Shown here: in pieces, positions 54,790 through 61,080 of the stretch | How the letters are laid out: the number at the start of each line of letters is the position of its first letter | Position numbering within the stretch: the stretch's first letter is position 1 | Virus record (IMG/VR): IMGVR_UViG_3300032219_001741 | Coordinates: 1 to 61,080 of that record | DNA from: a virus | Lineage: Duplodnaviria; Caudoviricetes | DNA length: 61,080 nucleotides | Strand: one strand, 5' to 3' | Made by a program: the position numbers and the translations under genes | Notes under the pieces: generated by a model | Database searches by the model: none | Told to the model about the DNA's origin: nothing | What the model saw: the letters and a program-made list of their open reading frames with translations, nothing else

Positions 54790-55986
54790 ATGGCATTCAT
54801 CTCAACAGGCGGAAGCGGGACGGTCAACGACGGCGACATCAGCAACGCGAAGCTCGCCAACATGGCGCAAGCCACGGTCAAGGGGCGGGCTTCCGGTGCG
54901 GGGACGGGAGTTCCAGTCGACCTCACGGCGGCGCAACAGAAGACAATCCTTGGAATCAGTGCGTTTGCGGAGACGATCCTTGACGACGCAGACGCGGCAG
55001 CGGTGCGGGCCACAATCGGCGCGGGGACGGTCGCCACCGGCTCAGTAGACAACGCCGTTCTCCGCGCCGATGGCACGGGAGGCGCGACGACTCAAGGGAG
55101 CCCCTTGATTGTCGGAGACGCCACGACCTACAGCTCTCAGGTCTACGTCCAGACCCGAGTCGATGACGGGAGCACGACGAACATCCATGCGGTTGTGAGC
55201 CCGAAAGGGAACGCTGCTTTTATCCTTGGCCCATCACCGGACGGAACAATCACTGGGGGCAATAATCGGGGCCAGTATGCCGTTGATCTTCAACTTCAAC
55301 GAACAACCGGCGCGTCGCTGGTCGCATCAGGCAACTATTCGGCAGTGCTGGGCGGCCTTAACAGTTTTGCAACCGGGCTGTATTCGGTTTCTCATGGACA
55401 ACAGGCTGGTGCTAGCGGGTCTCATTCATTTGCCCACGGAAACATTGCAACCGCAAGCGGCCAATCCGCCGTGTGCAATGGGCGTGATTCAACTGCTTCA
55501 GGCGATTACACATATGCCGGAGGCTGGGGCGCCTCGGCGAGTCGCCGAGGCCAGGTTGCATACACTGCATGTTTTTTTGCTGCTGCTGGCGACGCTCAGT
55601 TCGTTCGCCTGACGGCTTGCACTAAAACCACCAATGCGACGCCGACGGAGATGAGGTTGGATGGGAACGGAGGAACGGCGCGCATTACCATTCCGAGCGG
55701 TAAGGTTTGTAATCTCCTCATCCAGATCACGGGGGCGAAATCAGACGGGACCGCCGTTGCGAATTACACGCGACAGGTTGGAATCAAGAACGTCGCCGGA
55801 ACAACATCACTCGTTGGGTCGATTTTGTCGGTAGTGACGGACACTGAGGACAACAACCTGACCGACGTTGCCATCACCGCAGACGATACGAATGACGCGC
55901 TGGCGATTGCCGTGACCGGGATCGCTGGTGAAACGTGGCGCTGGTGCGCAGTCATCAGTGGAGTCGAAATCGCATACGGAACCTAA
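54790..55986 (+). CDS. Tail fibre/spike with YadA-like head repeats
   Basis: ISNAKLANMAQATVKGRA; ASGNYS/ATGLYS/ASGSHS/ASGQSA/ASGDYT 14-aa repeats. Confidence 0.8.
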   Translation: MAFISTGGSGTVNDGDISNAKLANMAQATVKGRASGAGTGVPVDLTAAQQKTILGISAFAETILDDADAAAVRATIGAGTVATGSVDNAVLRADGTGGATTQGSPLIVGDATTYSSQVYVQTRVDDGSTTNIHAVVSPKGNAAFILGPSPDGTITGGNNRGQYAVDLQLQRTTGASLVASGNYSAVLGGLNSFATGLYSVSHGQQAGASGSHSFAHGNIATASGQSAVCNGRDSTASGDYTYAGGWGASASRRGQVAYTACFFAAAGDAQFVRLTACTKTTNATPTEMRLDGNGGTARITIPSGKVCNLLIQITGAKSDGTAVANYTRQVGIKNVAGTTSLVGSILSVVTDTEDNNLTDVAITADDTNDALAIAVTGIAGETWRWCAVISGVEIAYGT

Positions 55987-55987
55987 T

Positions 55988-56482
55988 ATGAAGACCTTTG
56001 GACTACCTGCCACGCAGGCGCTCGTTTCCCTGCCGTTCGACGACGACGGCAACGCGATCACTGACTCACTGAAGCCGCACGACGCCGGTGATGATTGGAC
56101 GCCGCCCGTTGTCGTCCCGCTGGTCAAGATCGACAAGCCGACCGAGCCGAGCGGCAAAGTCGCAGAGCCAAAACTTGTCTGGTTTGAGGATCGCGTGGAA
56201 CGGCAATGGGATCTCGTCGATCTTTCGCCCGCAGCTTTGCGCGAATCCGCCCGCGCCACCCTCCGCGCATCCTGGGCCGCGCAACAGAGTTGGATTCGAG
56301 GCCCGTTCGACGGACACTTCCGGGGCGCACAGGTTTTCTTGGACGCCGGAGACGACGACGCAGCCGCCGATCTGATCCGCTACGCCGAAGCTCCCGGAGC
56401 CTACACCACGGAGCAGCTCGCCACGTTTGTGACCCTGAAGACCACGATCGCGAACGCCATCGCCGCCCTGCCCTCCCTATGA
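55988..56482 (+). CDS. Tail-fibre assembly chaperone-like protein
   Basis: Follows fibre gene; VERQWDLVDLS pattern. Confidence 0.55.
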   Translation: MKTFGLPATQALVSLPFDDDGNAITDSLKPHDAGDDWTPPVVVPLVKIDKPTEPSGKVAEPKLVWFEDRVERQWDLVDLSPAALRESARATLRASWAAQQSWIRGPFDGHFRGAQVFLDAGDDDAAADLIRYAEAPGAYTTEQLATFVTLKTTIANAIAALPSL

Positions 56483-56946
56483 TCACCAAGATCCTCGCCC
56501 TGACGATGCTCTCGCTCGCCACCGCTTCGGCGCAAGACGGATGGTATTCCGTCCACGCGTGGTATTGGCCCACGCACGTCCCGATCGCCTTCGTTGACAG
56601 CGGCGGACATCGTTGGACTGCCGAGCAAAAGCGCGAATGTTCCGAGGCCATCACCGCCAAGTTCCGCTCGCGCACCAAGACGTTCGTCAAGCAGCGTGTG
56701 CCGGGCCGCGAGTCCATCGGTGACATTCACATCCCAGGAACCGGCCCGTCGTGGCCGATCCTCACCCGTTCCGCATCCGCCGCGCTGATCGTCGTGGAAG
56801 TTGCTCAGACCAAAACGGGCGACCCCGGCGAGGTCTACCTTCGTCCCACCGGACGCTCCACGATCCGCATCCGGCCCGATTGCGTCAAGAACGCCGTGAA
56901 GATCTGCCGTCACGAGGGCCGCCACCTCACAGGGGAACTGCACTGA
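56479..56946 (+). CDS. Secreted HExxH (zincin-like) protein
   Basis: Signal peptide MITKILALTMLSLATASA; C-terminal RHEGRH. Confidence 0.55.
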   Translation: MITKILALTMLSLATASAQDGWYSVHAWYWPTHVPIAFVDSGGHRWTAEQKRECSEAITAKFRSRTKTFVKQRVPGRESIGDIHIPGTGPSWPILTRSASAALIVVEVAQTKTGDPGEVYLRPTGRSTIRIRPDCVKNAVKICRHEGRHLTGELH

Positions 56947-56947
56947 A

Positions 56948-57742
56948 ATGCCGCGCACCGGAGGACCAGAGCCAGAGTTGATTCTCCCCATCGCCAAGGT
57001 GGGGCCAGCGCCGCTCAACGTCCTCTCGCCGGAATATCAAGCGCATCAATCTGCGGCGCGGCGGGCGGATGCTCACAACAAGGTTTCGGGCGGCCTAAAG
57101 AGTCTGCACTCGTCACTCAATCACTACCGGGACATGCGAATTCGGACGGGAGACGGGCGTTACATCCACGTCCTGGCGTTCTATGGATCGGGCGATGGAT
57201 CGACGTTCGGGCTTGCATTCGCGTTGGTTCCTGGTAGCGCCGCAAACAAGCTGCGGGTCTCCCCTGGCGTTCTTTCCGGCCCCTGCGTTTCGGCCGGTGT
57301 CGGCGATGGTGAGAGCGAATTCTTCCCGACCATCGGCGGAACGACCAAGCACATTTACGAGGACGACGCGGATGAAATCACGGTGCCGGTGTCGTCGAAT
57401 TTCGGGCGTGTCTACATGGACATCCGCACCGATCCGATTGTTTCGGAGGGATATGGAGAGTTTTACGTGTCTGGATTGGAGCTTGAGCGTGCAGAGGTCA
57501 AGACGGCCAGCTCACTGCCGAACGATCATGTGGCGGCGTCGTGCAATTCGACGACCGGCACACCTACTCAGGGCCGGGCCTACAAAACGATCGCGTTGAT
57601 TCGACGCCGGACCAGCGATGCGCCGGTTGAGTTCATTCAGATCAGCTACGGCAACTGGCATCTCCAGACCTGCGAGGACGGCAACATCACGATCCACGAG
57701 CCGAATTACGTCAATCAAACCGTCAACATCACGCAGGCGTGA
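56948..57742 (+). CDS. Hypothetical tail protein
   Basis: Beta-rich ORF in tail operon. Confidence 0.65.
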   Translation: MPRTGGPEPELILPIAKVGPAPLNVLSPEYQAHQSAARRADAHNKVSGGLKSLHSSLNHYRDMRIRTGDGRYIHVLAFYGSGDGSTFGLAFALVPGSAANKLRVSPGVLSGPCVSAGVGDGESEFFPTIGGTTKHIYEDDADEITVPVSSNFGRVYMDIRTDPIVSEGYGEFYVSGLELERAEVKTASSLPNDHVAASCNSTTGTPTQGRAYKTIALIRRRTSDAPVEFIQISYGNWHLQTCEDGNITIHEPNYVNQTVNITQA

Positions 57743-58542
57743 CCTACGATTGGCCAGAAGCAACCTGGACCGAGGTCAATTCCTCCACCGCACCGCTCGC
57801 CGCCGAGGAATTGACCTACGCGGACGTGCATGGGGCGGGGATTGATCTGGACACGACCCGGACCACGCCGAGCCACCCGGCCGACTGCCCTTGTCCGGGG
57901 CCGACCGGCATTTCCCCGGTGACGATCACGATTGATGGCTCGTGGAGCTACAGCCTCACTGGCGGAAAACGCTACTACGTGACCGGCGCCGAGGAGGATC
58001 CAGACGTGATTCCGCCAACCGATCCGCCGACGATGCGCCTGAAGTGGGAGCCGGAGAGCGACGAATCAGAGACGTTCTCATACAGCGCAGAGCTTCCCTC
58101 GCCTGCGTATCTAATCGCGGTCAGGCTCAATCCAACCGCCACGGCGAGCTACAATTTCCGCAAGCATATCACGGTCGGGAGCCGCAAGCAGAATGCCGCC
58201 TACCTACGGTTTCAATGGGTTGGCACCGACATTGATGGGGACGCTGTCAATTTCCCGGAGACCCTGCAAAGCGGCCAAGTCAACGCCAACCTCACTCCGA
58301 GCCCAGTCCCGTATCTCGATCTTGTTGAGCCGATTGTCCTGGATTATTCGTTTAGCTCCTACGAAACAAGCGGGAGCGATGATTTCGAGGCCGTCCGACT
58401 TCTCGCCAATGCCAACTACAACACGCACCTCGCAGGGGGCGGCACCATGGCGAACTACCCGGGATATCCGCTTGGCGTGATCACCGAGACGGAAACCAAA
58501 ACCTACACGCTGACGTTCTGGCCGCCCGGAGGCGGCCCGTGA
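57739..58542 (+). CDS. Hypothetical tail protein
   Basis: GTGA-coupled, Thr/Tyr-rich. Confidence 0.65.
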   Translation: MTYDWPEATWTEVNSSTAPLAAEELTYADVHGAGIDLDTTRTTPSHPADCPCPGPTGISPVTITIDGSWSYSLTGGKRYYVTGAEEDPDVIPPTDPPTMRLKWEPESDESETFSYSAELPSPAYLIAVRLNPTATASYNFRKHITVGSRKQNAAYLRFQWVGTDIDGDAVNFPETLQSGQVNANLTPSPVPYLDLVEPIVLDYSFSSYETSGSDDFEAVRLLANANYNTHLAGGGTMANYPGYPLGVITETETKTYTLTFWPPGGGP

Positions 58543-58543
58543 T

Positions 58544-59638
58544 TCATGCGGCGGCTCGTTCGCGCAATGCGTCAATCCGCAGGCGTTCCGCTTCTTTGGA
58601 TGTGAGGCCGGATTGACGGGCTTCCTTCCGTTTGGCGGTGCGCTCATTGTGCCAGAGCTTCTGCGATTCGTAGCGCCTTTGAACGGCGGGCGATGCGGGA
58701 ACCAACTCCATTTGGACGGATTCCGGCTTCGGCCGTGGCTTGCGGCTTTTCGGCGGAGTGACTGGCGCAGGCTCCGGTTCCGGCTCAACCGTCAGCGGAA
58801 TCCTGGCCGACAAATTCAAGCAGATCATGCCCGCGTATTGAGCGACAAGCCAGCCGGTGGTCATGAGTGCGAGAATCAACTCCAAGGCGCGGGCTTGGCT
58901 GATCCCGAGGACCGGCGCCCATTGTTCGGACCAGCGAACGAATTGGTGGACGCTGGCGGCGGTCGTGGCTTCGTTGGCCGCCGTCTTCCCTCGATCGGCA
59001 CGATGGGCGGCAATGGCCAACAGCGCATCGGCGTGTCGTGTGTCGGACTTGGCGAGACGTTCAGTCCGGGCCTCCTCATTGGCCAAGTCGGCCTTCAGGG
59101 AATCGACAAGGGCAAGCTGGCCGGGGATGAGACGGTCATCCTCCGGGAGCCCGTTGTTGTCCATGTCCGTCGCCGTTTTGACTGCTGCCGCAATGGATTG
59201 ACGGAGCCGGTCGCAGTTGGCGCGGGCTTCAAGCTGGGCTGGGGTTTCCTTCAGTGCGTCGGCCGCATCGCGTTCTAGGTCGGACAACGTCCGCTCCCAA
59301 GCCCCGGATTCCGCAGAGGCCACAGTGCGTTTGTCGGCCTCGTGAACGCTGACCTCGTAACCCGCCCGGACCCAAACCCAGGTTTGTGCCGTGATGCCAA
59401 GGAGCAGGACAAGGCCCGCCGTTTTTAACCACGTCCACCTCCCGGGGACGTTGATCAGAAGGGACGAAAGGACCAGATCGGCGAGGGCAAAGATGATGCC
59501 AGTGGCGATCGGGACGAGCTTTCCGAAGCCGGAATCACCAACGGCATGATTGCCGAGGGTTTCGAATCCAACGATCATCCCCATGACCGACGCCACCAAG
59601 ACGCCGGAAGCGAACAAAAACAGGTGTCGAGTTTGCAT
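58544..59638 (-). CDS. Multi-pass membrane protein with coiled-coil loop
   Basis: Three N-terminal TMs, coiled coil, fourth TM, basic tail; AT-rich upstream region. Confidence 0.75.
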   Translation of the reverse strand: MQTRHLFLFASGVLVASVMGMIVGFETLGNHAVGDSGFGKLVPIATGIIFALADLVLSSLLINVPGRWTWLKTAGLVLLLGITAQTWVWVRAGYEVSVHEADKRTVASAESGAWERTLSDLERDAADALKETPAQLEARANCDRLRQSIAAAVKTATDMDNNGLPEDDRLIPGQLALVDSLKADLANEEARTERLAKSDTRHADALLAIAAHRADRGKTAANEATTAASVHQFVRWSEQWAPVLGISQARALELILALMTTGWLVAQYAGMICLNLSARIPLTVEPEPEPAPVTPPKSRKPRPKPESVQMELVPASPAVQRRYESQKLWHNERTAKRKEARQSGLTSKEAERLRIDALRERAAA

Positions 59639-59757
59639 TTTGTTAATAGATGCGTAACTCTAAGCACTGTTAGTCACCATTGCTATTGAAAAGTGAAGCG
59701 CCAGCGAAACCCAATCAAGATCCCGCGCATGGGATCGGGCCGAAGGCGTTGCAATTC

Positions 59758-59970
59758 ATGGGTGAACACGCCCGCGCAGGGTGTTACACGGTGATCCCAA
59801 CAGCGGACCATTTCAGCTCGTTTTCATCGGCCTCGTTGCTCGGGGCGCGGGTGCTGACAAAGAAACGGTTTCGTGATTCAGGTGGGCGCGTCTTGGTCTT
59901 CGGGCCGGATCGCAAGCTCCACTCGTGGACAGATTTGCAACCCGGACGACTGGAATGGCGGAAAGCGTAA
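59758..59970 (+). CDS. Hypothetical protein
   Basis: Short ORF; start uncertain. Confidence 0.4.
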   Translation: MGEHARAGCYTVIPTADHFSSFSSASLLGARVLTKKRFRDSGGRVLVFGPDRKLHSWTDLQPGRLEWRKA

Positions 59971-60305
59971 TCGACAAGCGAAAGCGCGTTGACTATTCGA
60001 AAGTCAACTGGGAAGCGGAATACACAAGCGACCTCGCGAAGCGGTTCAACGTCACGAGCGCGGCCATCGCCTCGGCCCGGAGGCGATACGCGCCGCATAC
60101 GATGCAACTTCGCAAGGCATCAACATCGTGGGGGACTCGGGTCGATTGGTCGATGCGCAACAAGGATATCGCCCGGCAATTCGGCAAGCCGCCGAGTTCT
60201 GTGGCCATGATGCGCAGGGCTCACGCGCCCGAAACGGTGCGGGTTATTTGCGTGCGATGCAAGGCGGCGATGAACGAATGCGGCACGCCCGCCCTCGCAT
60301 CGTAG
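59955..60305 (+). CDS. Tandem HTH-like protein
   Basis: Two W....D[LI]A..F........RR..AP repeats; terminal CVRC. Confidence 0.65.
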   Translation: MAESVIDKRKRVDYSKVNWEAEYTSDLAKRFNVTSAAIASARRRYAPHTMQLRKASTSWGTRVDWSMRNKDIARQFGKPPSSVAMMRRAHAPETVRVICVRCKAAMNECGTPALAS

Positions 60306-60393
60306 GCGGTGTCGCACCACAGGCGAGCGAGGGAAACCACGCGGGTAAAATCCGCACGCGCCCGCGCAAAAGGCGTGGACAATGGGGCCGGGA

Positions 60394-61080
60394 ATGCAAG
60401 CCTCGGCCCTCACGTCTCCGCCCTACTTCGGGCTCAATGCTTCGGCCAACTTGACGGTTGAGCGGCCTCGTCTGCAATCCTACACCGTCCCGCCCGAGCC
60501 GCTCGCCTCCCCGGTGATCGCGGAAGTCGTCGGGACGGATACGTTCCGGTTGGTTGAGCCCTTCCGGTTCCAGCTTCCGGCTCCTGATCATCGATGGGTT
60601 ACAATCCCGGCCGGGTTCGTGACCGACCTCGCCAGCGTCCCTCCCATCTTTCAGCCGGTCGTCAGCAAGACCGACCTCGGCATCGTCGCCCCACTGGTGC
60701 ATGACTGGGCCCTCCGGTGCGGCGACCCTCTAGGCATCACACAGGAGATGGCCGACGATCTCCTTGAATTCCTTTGCGAACGTCAGCGTGTCGTCCCGCA
60801 TAAGGCTCGGCTCGCCGTTCGTGCCGTTCGCGCAGCCCACTCTGTGGATACATCCGCCGAAAGGGTGATCGGAGCGCAATCGATCACGGGCGCGGTGGCC
60901 GGAGCGTTCCGGGCCGTCGCCCCGGTGGCGGCTATGGCGTTGATCCCTGGCGGTAGGATCCCGGCGATTCTCGGGGCCGCGCGGCTTGCGTTCCGTTTGG
61001 TTCAAGGCTTTCGGGCCGCCCGTCGCCGTTGGACTCAAGGATGCGTGATCGCTCCCAACGCCGCAATTTACGAAGCGATC
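60394..61080 (+). CDS. DUF1353-like protein; continues across the circular junction to stop at 196-198
   Basis: Absent from the ORF track; FRLVEPF, TIPAGFVTDLASVP, LVHDW, ADDLL motifs; ~253 aa in total. Confidence 0.85.
   Translation, partial: MQASALTSPPYFGLNASANLTVERPRLQSYTVPPEPLASPVIAEVVGTDTFRLVEPFRFQLPAPDHRWVTIPAGFVTDLASVPPIFQPVVSKTDLGIVAPLVHDWALRCGDPLGITQEMADDLLEFLCERQRVVPHKARLAVRAVRAAHSVDTSAERVIGAQSITGAVAGAFRAVAPVAAMALIPGGRIPAILGAARLAFRLVQGFRAARRRWTQGCVIAPNAAIYEAI
60958..61080. repeat. Terminal direct repeat, copy 2
   Basis: Identical to 1-123. Confidence 0.95.

Noticed and set aside
1-61080. Stop-codon reassignment
   Set aside because: Standard code gives dense full-length genes, and TAA, TAG and TGA all end well-supported genes
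1-61080. Diversity-generating retroelement, tRNA genes, DNA/RNA polymerase
   Set aside because: No reverse transcriptase motif, adenine-variable repeat pair, tRNA cloverleaf or polymerase motif noticed by eye; tRNAscan and HMM searches were not run

Overview
The window is an apparently complete, circularly assembled ~61 kb GC-rich dsDNA tailed-phage genome. Bases 1-123 repeat 60958-61080, and a DUF1353-like ORF reads through that junction. The morphogenesis set looks podovirus-like: terminase large subunit, portal, scaffold, N4-gp56/DUF4043-like capsid, adaptors and fibres, with no sheath or tape measure recognised. It also encodes an initiator/DnaB/primase replication module, a YqaJ exonuclease plus annealing protein, a short FimB/Xer-like tyrosine recombinase and a PAPS-reductase-like protein. 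The most unusual part is a ~17 kb polyvalent virion-protein locus (4131 aa + 1410 aa). Its effector modules (two ART-PolyVal-like domains, LPD23, three HExxH zincins, unknown domains, an internal Tat-like signal) are punctuated by nine copies of an L-x-A-S-x-A-[VT]-P motif and by 17-21 bp DNA-identical linkers, which suggests a shuffled and possibly processed polyprotein. One conserved domain of this locus is split between the two ORFs by a free-standing GIY-YIG homing endonuclease, with Cys-bearing peptides at the new termini. Other oddities are a 17-bp inverted repeat bracketing the reversed portal gene, many leaderless-type promoters, a 14-bp repeat encoding chained MNCPL mini-ORFs, and a GIY-YIG protein ending in a recombinase C-terminal tail. 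All product calls come from motif recognition by eye, not from database searches.
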